This document shows, in pieces, positions 1 through 13,525 of a stretch of 41,476 nt of DNA (positions within the stretch are counted from its first letter, which is position 1; every line of letters begins with the position of its first letter). This DNA is from Sarea resinae (taxonomy: Eukaryota). Under the pieces are notes generated by a model. It searched no databases, was not told where the DNA came from, and saw only the letters and a program-made list of their open reading frames with translations. The position numbers and the translations under genes were made by a program. The stretch is taken from NCBI GenBank assembly GCA_026026165.1, contig JAPEUD010000007.1, positions 558,001 through 599,476 on the forward strand, given 5' to 3'.

Positions 1-448
1 ACGGTCCTTAATCTTCTGAATACCCCGGGCAGGCAATGGCTTCGATATGATAGGTCATAGGTGTTGAAATGAGGTGGCTCTGGCTTACAAATAGTTTCCC
101 AGATAGTGAAACAATAAATCTGGTGTACATGTGTTGATGCTCTCGTGACGCTTGTGTTCATCGCTCACTAGTAAGTGATTCAGTTTGATGCTTTGTATCA
201 GAAGCACGATGACTACAGCACCATACCTAATATAACAACGGCTTCATATTGCTGGTACTCTACGCCTGTAGATGTGCGACCAGGTCATATATTGGATCGC
301 GAAACCGATCCAGCGGAAATCTTGCCGCAGTTTGCGCAATGGCACGCGGTTCTGCGAAATGCGATCGAGTGTAGTGATGCCAGCGACTTTACTTGCTATG
401 TCATAGCGCGGGGTGCCCACGGAACGCAAACGAGACAAACACATGGCT

Positions 449-458
449 CCGACTTCGG
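449..458. promoter_or_regulatory. Candidate Leu3/LeuB binding site CCG-N4-CGG
   Basis: CCGACTTCGG about 150 bp upstream of the LEU2 ATG matches the everted CCG-N4-CGG repeat bound by Leu3/LeuB. Confidence 0.5.
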
Positions 459-604
459 CAACACACATCCCACCTCCAGACTTCAGCCCCGCGAAAAGCT
501 ACCGTGCGTACGTGACCTGACCTACGTCAAATATAAGAACTCTTACGATTCTCCGGAAGCAAAAGCCCAACAGCTCCCACAGCGCCAATTGCTCAATTAA
601 GATC

Positions 605-2011
605 ATGTCTCCTTCATCTCACAACATAGTCGTCTTTGCAGGTGACCATTGCGGTCCCGAGGTGAGGATTCCATCTGAAGCAGCCCAATTAACATGTTAC
701 TGACGGTGTGTAGGTAACGGCTGAAGCTCTCAAGGTGCGACTTAACTCACTCGGCATAGCTGAGGCGCAGGCAGTGCTAACAAACAATAGGTCTTGAGAG
801 TTGTCGCAAAGGAAAGGGGAATCACCTTTGACTTCCAAGAGCATCTACTCGGCGGTGTATGTTTCTTTCCATTGTCGTAAGAAACCGGATCCAGGATTGA
901 CGATGAACTAGGCCTCAATCGACGCGACAGGCTCGCCCCTCACCGACGAAGCTCTCAACGCCGCCAAGAATGCCGACGCAGTTATCCTGGGAGCAATAGG
1001 TGGTCCCGTACGTTCAAATCTCACCGCCTGTCGTAATTGCTCCCCCTTGCTAAACAAAACTTCAGAAATGGGGTACCGGCGCCGTGCGGCCTGAACAAGG
1101 CCTCCTCAAACTCCGCAAAGAGCTCAATGCCTTTGGCAACCTCCGTCCCTGCAATTTTGCCTCGGAGAAGCTCGTCGACATCTCCCCCCTCAAGGCTGAC
1201 GTCTGCCGTGGCGTCGACTTCAACATCATCCGTGAGCTGACAGGAGGTATCTACTTTGGGGAGCGCAAGGAGGACGATGGCGACGGCACGGCTTGGGATA
1301 CCGAGCCGTATTCGCGGCCGGAGATCGAACGAGTGACGCGTCTGGCAGCACACCTCGCATTGGCTCATGACCCGCCACTGCCCGTGTGGAGTTTGGACAA
1401 GGCGAACGTTTTGGCGACGAGTCGACTGTGGCGAAAGACGGTCTCGGAGGTCATGGCCAAGGAGTTCCCGCAGCTCAAGCTGGGCCACCACCTCATCGAC
1501 TCGGCGGCCATGCTCATGGTCAAGAACCCGCGCGCGCTGAACGGCATCGTCGTCACCAGCAATCTGTTCGGCGATATCATCAGCGACGAGGCCAGCGTCA
1601 TTCCAGGGAGTCTGGGACTGCTGCCCAGCGCCAGCCTGAGCGGGGTTCCCGACGGCAAGAGCAAGGTCAATGGCATCTACGAGCCCATCCACGGTATGCC
1701 AATCCCCAATCTCCCATTCCCCTGATTCAATCCCAACCACTGCGGCCAAGCTAACGCAGATTCATCTAGGCTCCGCACCCGACATCTCAGGCAAGGGCAT
1801 CGTCAACCCCGTCGCCGCCATCCTCTCGATAGCCATGCTCCTCAAATACTCCCTCAACCTGCCCACCGAGGCCAAGGCCGTCGAGGACGCCGTGCGAAGA
1901 ACGATCGACCGCGGCGTCACGACGGGCGATATCGGTGGATCGGCCAGCACGTCCCAGGTCGGTGACGCAGTGGCCGAGGAGGTGCAAAAAGTGTTGGCGG
2001 AGCTAAAGTAA
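605..2011 (+). CDS. LEU2: 3-isopropylmalate dehydrogenase (leucine biosynthesis), 6 exons
   Basis: Exons 605-661, 714-734, 791-856, 912-1007, 1066-1693, 1770-2011, all with GT-AG introns. Spliced protein [20 protein letters not shown]...GAIGGPKWG...[10 protein letters not shown]...[12 protein letters not shown]...[19 protein letters not shown] carries the IPMDH signatures. Confidence 0.97.
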
Positions 2012-2461
2012 AGAGTGGTGCAGGAATGGCTCTATCTATTACGTTGCACCTCAAGACGAAATATAGCTAGGTTATCGAATTGAAAAAAAAGAATAGTTCT
2101 CCCCTTAGATGGACTTATTATGCCACGAGAGAGCTTGAAGGTTGTCGGGACTGGCGAAGCTGGTGAAGTGAACCAATTGCCTGAGAAGAAGACCACCCCT
2201 TGCCAATGCACTGTAAAGAAATAAGATCTTGCCGAAGAAAAGTACGACTCCAAAGACATAATTTACTCTCACGTTGCACATTTCTGCGAGGATTTTTCCA
2301 TGCAAAGTCAACAATACATTGATAGAAGACTCTATTTCGTATCGCGTAGCTAGTTCTCTATCTAGATAGGCCATCAACGGGTCGGCTTCATCCCACAGGA
2401 CAGAAATACTACTGATAAGATATCCTCGAACCGCCGTTCATAGTCACTACTGTATCTCTCA

Positions 2462-5036
2462 TCAAAGATTCCTATTGCCCCTCCGCCCGCCCTTTTTACT
2501 CCGGTCCACATGGCCCTTGAGCACGCGCCTGGTCTCGACCAGACTGCGTTTCTGCTTGCCCTTGGCCTTGCCCAGGGTCATGAGGAAGTTCTTCTTGCGG
2601 GCCTTTTCGGCATTCGTGGTACTCTTGCCCTCGGCCCGCTTCTTCTCTTTCTTGATGGCCTTGGTGCTCTTGTGCTCGGCCCGGTCCGTCTTGCCGGCCG
2701 CGACGACGGCCATGCGCTCCTCTTTGGTCATACGCGACGAGAACTTCGAGAGCCCTTCGATCTCGGTCGCGGTGAGCGGGTCGCGGTCGAGGTGTCGGTT
2801 GCCATTCGCGGGCTGCTGGGCCGTGTTGTTGCGTTTGGATTTCGAGGCCCCCGGCAGGCGATCGTTGACGCTGGCTTGGAGACGCAGTTCCTGCAATTTG
2901 GCCAGATCGGCCGGCGTGAGAATTTTGGTAGTAGCGAGGGTAGAGATACGAGAGATTTGGGCTTCGGGATCGGTGGCTACCGAGGAATTATTGTTGGCTG
3001 AGGCGGTATCGGCCGCCGACACATCCACGCCGTCGTCGAGCTTCGTCTTCTTAGTGAGTGGCTTCTCATCGTCTTCGCTGTCACTGATGTTGATCTCGTC
3101 GTCGCTTTCAACGTTGATCCATCCTCCGGAGTCATCGCTTTCATCTTCTTCGACGTTCCAAGCTCCCCAATCCTCCTCGTCTTCGTCTTCTTCGTCTTCG
3201 TCGCTGCCGACTTCCGCGGGGAGACCCTTCTCCAACCGCTTCCTTATTCTCTCTTGCTCCTTCCATTGTTCTAGAAGCTCTAAACCTTCAATCCCACCGG
3301 CGTCTTCTTCACCAAACCTCCTCTCTTTCATCTCCCCTGAGCGTAGTCCCATGGCTGCATCTTTGCCTCGATCTCGTTTCCTCAACTTTTCTGCGCCTAC
3401 CTCTCGGTAAAGGCTCAAGAGACCCTTTGCTGCCATCATCACCCCTTTATCTTTACTTTTCCGGTACATTACCAGGTCCTGAAGAAGGGTGTCGCTCATT
3501 GCCAATGGTTGTCTGACACAGATCTCACGGATGGCGTTCAAGCCCGCCGAAGCCACTGCAGAAGCTGCGGCCTCGGAGACGAATTCGTTTGCTATCTTTT
3601 GAACTAGGGGTTCTAGAACGTCAGGGGGGACGAGATTGTGGGTAGATTGGGCGAGGGAGGCGAGGAAAGACGTAACAGAGGGTTGTCGGGGTGTAAGGTA
3701 TCTGTATCAATTAGAAACTGAAACAACGTCTGTCTAGTCGTACTTACTTGATGAAATAAGAATAGAGACTGATGACTGTTAATTTGTGAAGGCCGACGAG
3801 CCGCGAGACGAGCTGAAGGACCAAGAGCTTCTGTTCGAGGTTGAGCTTCGACTTTGAATTCTGAAGATGCTTCGAAAAAAGAGTTTCAGCGAAGCCTTGA
3901 GGGTCGTGTAGAAGGTGAAGAGCGGAGAAGTTCAAAGGATGCGGTTGGCTCTTCTTGCGTTCTTTCTGCAACACGGTAACTGTCAGTGACTTTGGCGCTC
4001 AATTAGTTGCAGATTATAATGTACCTTCTTGACGGCATGAATCGCCCTGTCTACTACCTTCACCTTCTTTTTCGTCTTCTTGCTGACGCCCATCTGATGC
4101 TTCAACTTTCCCACATCTACTTCTTCCTCGTCACTACTCTCCTCCATCTCCTCGCGCTCCTTGTCACCCCCCAAAAAGAATCGTACACCCCCTACGATGA
4201 CCTTCTCATTCTCGGCCAAACTCGCCTCTTTCATGATCTCTACGGCTTTCGAGTCCGTCCATATTTGCCGTTTCCATAGCTCTCTCGTCAATTTGACGGC
4301 CCAGATCCCCTTTGATGAAGTTCGATCGGCAGCGAGCAAATTGAAAAGGACGGTTTGAATTGTCCTATTGAGGCGATGGTTGGTGGCTTTGGCATTTGAG
4401 GTTCGTAGGTCTGACAATATCTTTTGGAAGAGTAGAAGGCGAAGAGATTTACTTGGGGTCGTTGTGAGAATTGGGAAGAGAGTATGCAGCAGACTAGGGC
4501 GACGTTCATCAGCACACCGAGACAACGACTAAGCACGGCAGCTCTATAACTTACGCCGAAGAATCGATTACATTCTTCTTTCGTAGCAGCACTAGACTGC
4601 TCACAATCTTTTCGCGTAGCTCAGAGTCCAACTCCGTGTGGTGCCTATTCAGGATTTCCGTCAAGTCCTCTGGAAATTTCTTCGTGATGTCAGGATAGCA
4701 ATCGGAAACATGAGCGATGAAATCGACCAGGTCCCGCAACGATACTATCCCACCATCTGTGGCGGAACCTGGTGCGCGCATGAATATCTCTCGATGATTC
4801 TCATATTGATAGTATTGCTTTAGGAAATCATCGGTGTAGGATCTAAGACGCGGTCAGTGCCTCCGTTCAATAAATCTTTAGCGGTCGCAAACGCACGGCG
4901 GATCTCTTCGAATCTTGTACTGCAGATTGGCACTATGGCGGTCAGTATCAGAAGCCAGCAGAGGTCGGAAGAGGTGGAGAAGTGCTTACAGATCAGCATC
5001 GACCTTCTCGAGCGCGCCTACTTTGCGCTTGCCCAT
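2462..5036 (-). CDS. SDA1: SDA1 protein (60S ribosomal subunit biogenesis), multi-exon
   Basis: Spliced N-terminus MGKRKVGALEKVDADLANLQYKIRRDPPSYTDDFLKQY; internal ELWKRQIW, FSALHLLHDPQGFAE, GLNAIREICVRQP; acidic tract; basic C-terminus STTNAEKARKKNFLM. Confidence 0.95.
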
Positions 5037-5446
5037 GATGACTCTGGTGCACGGAAAAGAAACGATTGTTTGTACTATGATCGTATTTCCAGTTGATACA
5101 GTATGGTCGTCAAAAATTGCGAAAATGGAAAATCGATAAGCTACAGGCGGAACCTGCCGTTGCGCTGCTGGTCGGTGCAAGTAGCTTTCGCTTGGGGTTG
5201 CGGGTTGACATTGGAAGGCACAAGGGTCTTGCCTCTCGAAACTAAAGTAGTATCGAACGCTGCTAAATATTGATATCTACCTCACTTAGGTATGGATCTT
5301 TTATTACCAAAATTCATCCAATACTGCAACCTCCGCAGATAGTAAGAGCAGAGCTCGGGTACTCTAGCCGTCGAGTCTTCCAGCCAGGACTTAATATCGA
5401 CGAAGACTTAAAGGCTACCAGTCCATTTGGATTCAGCCCAGTTGAT

Positions 5447-7715
5447 CTATGCAATCTTCTCCGGGACCTCTCTATTCTCCTCAGCGGCACCTGATTTCCC
5501 GTAAGGGTCTGGATTAAGACCTTCAACTTCCAACCCTTCTTCAGCGAGCACGCGCTCTTGCTCTTCGGTCAGGTCGTCGAGGCTGATCGTTATCTTAGGT
5601 CCTTTGAACCATTTCCGTGCATCGATGTAGTAATAGGCTAGCGATCCGCCCCAGACGGCGCCATTGATAACGCAGGAGTAGTTCATTTCCGAAGCTGAAA
5701 GGCATATGTGAGCAAAACCAGAACGGCAAGAGTGAAGGGATGCTACAAAATTAAAAAAAATGGCGATAGGAACGTACGAGTCGGATTCGGCCCTAGAGTA
5801 GGAAACATGGATAACAAAATGCCAAATATCAAAAAGATGATTGCTGTCCACGCGATTGGCTTGCTGAACCTGTCACCGGTATAGAAAGGCCCAGGCTTGA
5901 ATTTAGCATTGCCCCAGACTACGCGTGAGAAGATTGGGATACCCCAAGCGAGATTATTGCCCGAGACAGAGAGCGAGAAGAGAGCCTGAGAAGCTGCTGC
6001 ATCGATAAGAGATAGTAGCCCGAGGATCAAGGCGAGGAAGACGCAGCCCCAGATTGTGCGAAGTGGAATATAGCCGAACTTCTTGGAAATGGGCCGGAAG
6101 AATGAACTGAAAGGGAGGGCCCCGTCACGGGAGAACGCCCAGGATTGACGGGATGCAGCCACGACCTGGGGTGTGTTCAGTGGGCCATACAGGTCAAAAA
6201 CACTAGAAAACTCACGATCGAGAGTCCCATAAAGAATTGGGTGATTATAAGGAGTGACATCAATCCTAGGGTCCCCTGTTTGCCAACGGAATCGTAGTAA
6301 ATCTATCATTCATATCAGTTTCTCAACTTGAGGAAATGTTCACTATCTGGAAAAGTCCTTGAAATAGTACCTGTGCCATTGGCTGCCCAAATTTACTTCC
6401 TAAAATAGCGTCCAGATCCTGGCTCATGCACGCAGCGATAACAATCATGATGATAAAACCCAGAAACCAACAGGATCCAATCGACATCAAAATCCCGTAT
6501 GGCACGGCCTTCGTCGCATTGGCCGCCTCCTCGCTCATGTGTACGCATGAATCAAATGCACCTGTCGTTGTTAGTTTGGGCACGCAGAGAATGGGATTAA
6601 GAGAAGTACCAATCGTCCACAAAGGACACAGAAAGCTCAGCATGAAGGCCCATCCCGTGGGCCACGTAGTCAGATTCTCCGTTTGGGCGAAGATGTAATG
6701 GCCGGAATTGCGCTCGCCCGCATGTCTTCTACCGATAGGTAGAGCAATGATGGTTGCAAGGACTACGATGACGTTCAAGATAACAAATACAGTTTGGAGC
6801 TTGCCCATGACTTTAGAAAGGACAGAAGCGCAGACGCCATGGAGGAGGACCGTGCCAACAAAGACGGCATAGAGGTCGCCGCGCGATGGTGTCCAAGTGC
6901 CGTCCTATTTAAGGAGTCAGTATGCCCACAGTAGTATTGAGGTATGAATTTTGACCTTTGAAATCTGTATCACTGCTAAGAACATAGTTGCAAAGCCATC
7001 TGTAGAGCACCGATCAGCAACAGCAAACACTCCTGTTAGATGGATGTAGAATCACAATCTATCGAGACCAGTCCGCCGATCAATCCCAAAGTGTTGCTAT
7101 AGCCAACCAGGAAACACAGCGGATTTCGACTCTTGGGTGACGAAAAGAAATGCGTCCACCAATATAATCCCCCGGAGGTTGGCATGGCGGAGCCTAGATC
7201 CGCCTGCTCGAGGATTAGAAAACATAAGTACGCCCAGAGAAGGGGGATTACCATAGCCAATCCAACAACAAAGATCAAGCCACTGGCCAGGAACCAACCC
7301 TAGGCCAAAGTTAAGCATGGTTCTCCCCTGGACATCTTTTCTAAGCTGCACTAACCCAAACCATTCCAACGGGGCCGGCAGGTATAGCAAAGCTTAATGA
7401 AGAAGCAATGGATGGCTTTTGAAAAAGTCAGTAGCATGAAACAGGAGCCGAGAAGCAGATTGATCCGACCATGATACCCATGATGCTAAAGGCAATTCCG
7501 AAGACCTCAATCATTGTGAAGTTCCGTTTCAGCTCTTGCTTATAGCCAAGCCCCGCTGTACATCTTTTGGTCAATACTCAGAACAGGCTCTACCGCGGAG
7601 TGTAATGCGTACCTAGCACTGCGGCATCATCGCCACTTGCTAGCTTATCGGGGTCAGTTTTCTGATGCTGTCTGATCCCATCTCGCGGAGGAACTGATGA
7701 ATCCGGCGAAGACAT
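5447..7715 (-). CDS. Amino acid/GABA permease (APC superfamily, UGA4-like), about 10 or more introns
   Basis: Spliced GYKQELKRNFTMIEVFGIAFSIMG, MPTSGGLYWW, FDSCVHMSEEAANA, ASRQSWAFSRDGALPFS, FKPGPF, ARKWFKGP motifs are typical of fungal UGA4/HNM1-type permeases. Confidence 0.92.
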
Positions 7716-7948
7716 GTCTCAATTACTTGACCCTGGGAGGGAGATTTTCAACCGCTAGGATTTTGCGAATTTCACAGCGCAAGATATCAGGGCGCCAAAT
7801 CAAAGATATAGCATTGCGATCGTCACACAGGCCGTCGTCTGGGGTATCTCTGCTGAGTGATTCCAGACCCCTCCTCATCCTCCCTTCTTTGCGATCCCTG
7901 TCTGCAACCTTGCGATTGGCGAGTTCGCGATTTGTCGTCCAAACACCC

Positions 7949-8160
7949 AGATAACAGCTGATAGCGATCCATTCTCGAGGGCTTTTGGCGCCGATAAGGC
8001 TAGTTCGCCGACGCCACGATTGCTTGAATTCGCACACTGGCTCTATATATCTGACGATCCGTACAAATGTTGCTCAAGTAGTTATCAGTCTTATTGAGTC
8101 AGTGGTACTTCCATTTCGATAAGAGCTGAATGGTGCGTATATACAAATTCAGGCTTATCG
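7949..8160. promoter_or_regulatory. Cluster of six HGATAR (AreA/NIT2-type) sites upstream of the permease
   Basis: AGATAA 7949, TGATAG 7959, CGATAA 7992, TTATCA 8082, CGATAA 8117, TTATCG 8155. Confidence 0.5.
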
Positions 8161-8942
8161 GGCTCTTTTAGAGAAGAGGATATCAATCCATCCTTACAGC
8201 GATCGGAATGCTCCGATCACGGAGAAAGGATCGTGGTCCGACATGATACAGGATTGCGTATCAGACTGTAATCTGCATTTGCCATCTGTGCAACCTCTGT
8301 CCCAAATAGGAAGATCGTAAGGTCTCGCCTGTGCCGTTCTCAAAGGATCTATCAGGCTCGTGGGCATCTCATAGGGCCATGGTAGCTTGCTTCTAGCAAG
8401 GGCACTGTAGGATCTGCTTCTTCAACCCTGTGAGAGGTCTTCGCCAACAACAAGATACCGCGATGGGCTTCTTTTCAGCATGTTTTGCAAATCTCATATG
8501 ATTCGCCCGAAAAGCTTTCGCATTCTTTCTTGAATGTCGATCACTGCTGTATGCGACGCTATTTTGATGGTCGCACACCGTGGTACCTGCATTTTCCTAG
8601 TCTGTCTTGAGGTGCAAGAGCCCTGGAGAGTAAACCAGACGACAAACTATTACAGATCAGAGCAAGGAAACGACCACGTCTGGAGGTTGGCTATGCTTCT
8701 GGGCTGGAATAAGAAGGATCGCTCTATTTGAGATTCAGCATTCGTGGCCGACCTCTAGAGAGCTAGAGGTACACTGACGGACGCTCAGAAGAGGTACTCT
8801 ACTCTATACCTACTCCAGAATGATGACCCGCGCCCGAGCCCCCCTCGGCCCTGACGTACGGAGTAGAGCTAAGCGAACGATCACGGAGCAAATATCGACG
8901 GTCAGCAAAACCAAGTCGAGAGAGACGATATCAGCGCGCATC

Positions 8943-9529
8943 ATGCAGCGACGAATGGTACGGGCAATCTACCCTCGTATGCCTCAGGTGATGAGAGGAT
9001 TGTGCTGACGCGTTAATGGCAGCTCACGAAAGAGGATGAGGCTGCCAGTGGGGGCGATGAACTTGAAGTGCGAAGGGAAGATCAGGATAAGATCAATCGT
9101 TTCTCGAGATTACATCAACGGGAGACGCTCATCGAGGAAGAATTGAAGACGAAACATGTGAGCTACCTTCGACAGCTATGGGGTAGGAGGTGCTGATCAT
9201 GGGCCAATATATAGAAAGATAAGGAGGACTTGGAAGAGGTCTCGAATGAGTTGGAATTAGCAGACGAGGACGATTTGGTTCCGTATGCGCTTCTTCCTCT
9301 CTCGTTCCACTGCACTCTACTGACCGCGAGCTACAGCTACAAGCTTGGAGACTCCTTTGTCCATCTGCGCCTCCCAGAAGTGCAAGAGAGACTCTCATCG
9401 GCTACTGACAAGATCGAGCTTGATGTCACGGCGTTGGAAGATAAGCTTGGCGACATTCGGGAAGAGATGCAGCAACTTAAGGTTTCCCTATATGCTCGAT
9501 TTGGTAGAAGCATCAATCTAGAGACTTGA
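8943..9529 (+). CDS. GIM3: Prefoldin subunit 4, 4 exons
   Basis: MQRRM|LTKEDEAASGGDELEVRREDQDKINRFSRLHQRE...|KDKEDLEEVSNELELADEDDLVP|YKLGDSFVH...LKVSLYARFGRSINLET. Confidence 0.93.
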
Positions 9530-10738
9530 ATGCATAACGCATTTGCGCAACTGCATATCTCCCGCCATGATTGCAATTTACGACTACTATGATTATCATG
9601 ATTACAACGACTGCAGATGCCACTATCTGTGACTTTCTGAACTCTTGGTGACTCATGGCGATCAGTTCAATCCATCTAGATGTACCGTCCACTTCGGAGT
9701 AGCATTGATGCATGGTCGATGCTTGTACGAAGTACTTCGTACGGCGCAGGAGACGAAGATTCAAGCACTCAATGTCAGAGTCAATGCGGCGCGCCCACCG
9801 CCTTTTACGTCCACGGGTGCCTCGCGTCCCGCCCCATGTCCCGTGAAATCAAACATGCTCGGATAGGTAGGGTGTTGGATGCATCAGTTCAATAAGGATT
9901 CGTGATGCCCAATCCCCAATTTACGACACGGTCGAAGATGTTCAGGTAGGATGGAGAGCTATGAGGTACTAGGATTACCACTGCTGACTGTACTCTGAAA
10001 TATCGAAAGCGGGAAGGCCACCTACCCTCGGGGGTGCTGAAATGGGGACGTGTTGGCAGTGGAGGTTGTTAGCAGGGACCCTTCGGCCCTTATTCCGCGA
10101 TTGATTGAATCTTGCCCGTCGGGTCGGTTGCTCTAGCGGTAAATGCATCTACTGCGTAAGGTAGTAAGTGAGATAGTGGGGCTAACGACACTAAATTTGA
10201 GTTGTGCGCCGCATTCGCGCGGAGAAAGACACCAAGATCCTCGCATCCACGAGCTCTCACTGGATAGCCGAAGAATGGTCCCCTCCCCATGTCTCAATAC
10301 CCTGCGACCGTGTTGGGTGCACTTGCCGAAACTACTCTTGGCTCATGAAGAGTCCACGAAGATCGTGATCACTTGGAGCCTTTGGAGTCAATCCAACCCT
10401 CTCGTAACCTAGAAGCACCTTAATCTTCGAGCTCGGCGCGGGAGAAGCTGTGGAGGGAGCACGCTATGCCGAATTAACCGGCAGTATTTCCCACCGCTCA
10501 GCTCCACAGCACTTGGGCACTTGATACCATGTAATTCCTTCCTTCCCATGCGGTATGGATGCATGTTGGTCGGGTTTGTCATCACCCTCCGAACCTCCAC
10601 CACCTCTTTCAGTTTCCATCCCGAGGTTATGGGCTCACCTGGGACAAACCGTCTCAACATCTTGAATACGTTGCAAGCCGGCGAGAAGTCAGGAGGTAGA
10701 ATTGTCATAGTAAATGCGGCAGCTGTGTCTCCGTCGTC

Positions 10739-12702
10739 ATGTCTGACCTTCAAAAGACACTCTCTGGAAACTCGATAATCCATCCGCGTGAGTCAGATCA
10801 GCCCTATCGAATTGATCGATCTAACAGGGCCTTCAGATATCCATAGTAGGGTCACGGCTATTGACGAGTTGGATGTTGATCATAGATTGGAACTTGAAAG
10901 GGAGGATAACGGATCGCCACCACCACCAGATCCTGAGGCTAGATCACGAACTGTGATATCGTTTGCCCACAACGACCCTGGAAATCCGTACAACTGGTCT
11001 ACAGTATGTCTCTCTTTCCTCACGGCGCCTCCAATTCATACGACTGACAGTCGTGCAGAGAAAGAAGATATTTGTCCTCCTTACGGGTATCAGCACTGTC
11101 ATAAATAGCACGCTTGGTTCAGCATTACCCAGTAACGCTACGACATATATTGCCAAATATTTCCACGTCACCAACCAGGAACAACTCGTTCTTCCTGTCT
11201 CCATATACTTAGTTGGATATGTTTTAGGCCCTCTCCTTTTCGGGCCTTTGAGTGAGCAATATGGCAGGAAAAATGTGATGCTAGTAACTTTTTTCCTTTA
11301 CACGGTTTTCACCATGGCATGCGCATTAGCGCCCAATTGGCCGGCACTACTCATTTTCCGTTTCATCTGTGGGGTCAATGCTTCATCGCCCATCTCAGTC
11401 ATCGGAGGGCTCTTTGCGGATATATACAATGACCCTATCACGCGAGGACGAGCGATGGCTTTATTCATGGCGGTACGATTGCTTTGACCACAGCTTGGTC
11501 CTTGGACTGACTTTTCTCAGGCTACGACTTTTGGTCCCTTGTTAGGGCCCATTATCTCCGGATTCATTTCCGTGGTAACTTGGAGATGGACGTTCTGGGT
11601 TGGTCTCTGTGTTGCAGGTGCTGCCTGGATACCGCTCATTTTCTTACCAGGTTTGTCTATCGCCCCGATTTTACTCAAGATGCTTCTGACTCCCTTCCCA
11701 GAAACGTTTGCTCCTATCATCTTGGTCAAACGAGCTAGAAAGCTCAGAGAAGAGACAGGGAATCCTAATATCTTTGCCCCAATGGAGCTCGAGAACAACA
11801 GTCTCAAGCAGATGCTCACCGTTACACTTACCAGACCCGTCCGCATGATATTCTTTGAAGCCATTGTGGGGTTTACTTGCATTTACATATCACTCGCATA
11901 TGCTATCTTCTACCTCTTTTTTGAGGCTTATCCAATTATCTTCCAAGGTCTGTCTCATTTTAATAGTGACGAAAAAAACCAATTGCTGATAGAGAGAAGG
12001 CATCTACGGTATGAACACTGGCGTGTCTGGCCTTGCTTTTCTACCAAGTAAGTCGCTCGTGCTCAACTTTTCTTTTGCTTTTGCTCCAACTGACTCGCCA
12101 TAGTTGGTGTTGGTGCTGTAATCGCTTGCTTCCTTTTTCTCTTCTATGACTCCTTTCTGCAAAGAGCCAAAAAGCGAAACGCGCCGTGGTCCAAACGCGA
12201 AGAATACCGCCGTCTCCCCCTTGCCTGCATCGGCGGCCCTCTCTACGTCGTCTCACTCTTCTGGCTTGGCTGGAGCGCAGGCCGGACCCACTGGATCGTG
12301 CCCATGCTTGCAGGCGTTCCCTTTGGTATCGGCTTCCTGTTCATCTTCATGGCCCTCCTCAATTACCTCACAGACGCCTACGAGATCTTTGCCGCAAGCG
12401 CCATGGCGGCTTCGAGTACCTGCCGCAGCGTTTTTGGCGCTTTGCTGCCCTTGGCCGCGAGACCCATGTATACTCGCTTGGGTGTGGATTGGGCCAGCAG
12501 TCTGTTAGGTTTCTTGAGTTTGGGAATGACGATCATTCCGTTCACGTTTATCATATACGGCGATCGGATTCGAGCAAACAGCAAATTTTGTCAGTATCTG
12601 GCCGAGAGGAAGAAGGGGATGTTGCAGGCTGAGGCGGATGAAGATCCGGATAGCCAAGATGTGGGGGAGAAGGAGAAGGCGGCTGCTGCGGAGGAGGTTT
12701 GA
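10739..12702 (+). CDS. MFS drug:H+ antiporter (DHA1 family), multi-exon
   Basis: ATG 10739 with a phase-consistent intron at 10788-10836; NDPGNPYNWS, GPLLFGPLSEQYGRK, PETFAPIIL, NYLTDAYEIFAASAMAA motifs; multiple hydrophobic helices. Confidence 0.92.
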
Positions 12703-13525
12703 ACGAGTCGCTCGCTCGTTCCATTTGCATCTTAGGCGCCGATGGGGTTGGATCTGCGTGATAAAATAGAGAAGTGGTATCTTGCACTGACGAATAGACG
12801 CATAATGACCTCAGGACCACTATAGAATGAAATTCGAAAAGTTTTTAGATTAAGACCCGGGCCGTTAGGGATGGGTAACATGCCTTGCCAGTGTCAGGAT
12901 CTCAGAGCGCGTACATGGATACGATTCTCGAATATCTGAATCCCAAATAATATCAAGACTCGTCTCCGCGACGGGTTTTCTTTATTTATTTACCTTTTTT
13001 TTCAATTCTAGATTTACCGTTGCCCCTTTACCTGCATTTGTGGTGCAAAGAACGCGTGAATACTTAGGACATGGACCATTTCGCCCCTAGTACATTAGAA
13101 TTTTCTCATGATTCAAGATGAAACTCTAGTAATCTTCAAGTCCTTGCGCTCTGAGCGCTAACCAGTCAATTTGACATAGCGCAGCTGTGCATTCGGAAAT
13201 TCCGGCTGTCTACTGGTGACTGAGAACATCATGGCACTGACATAAAGGCAGGCGGTGCACATTCATAAGACTGGGTTGCAACATAGCAATGAGCATATAT
13301 TTGCACATGTCTTGGCACGCGAGTCGAAAATGAGGCGCGAATACAATGACGGCAACGCTCCGTTTGAATGAACAAGCTGAAACTCCGTCACCTGAAACGC
13401 AAAAGGGAGACCCAACCCACCACACGGTGTAAGCCCGTGGACCGCCAAAGAAGATAAATCCACGATATAACCCCGCTACCCAAAAGAATTTGAACATCGT
13501 TTAACACCGGACTTTATAGCAGACG

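Noticed and set aside
175..600. 141-aa ORF just upstream of LEU2
   Set aside because: GTG start, no recognisable motifs, and it overlaps the likely promoter and 5' UTR.
1021..1749. 242-aa minus-strand ORF
   Set aside because: Antisense shadow of GC3-rich LEU2 exon 5.
2475..3410. 311-aa Ser-rich plus-strand ORF
   Set aside because: Antisense to the acidic/basic C-terminus of SDA1.
10010..10500. Short hairpins and partial resemblance to RNase P/MRP conserved regions (GGTGGGAAAT on the minus strand; TGGGGCTAA)
   Set aside because: No matching P4 partner strands found and the stems are only 4-6 bp. An Infernal/Rfam search would be needed to claim an ncRNA.
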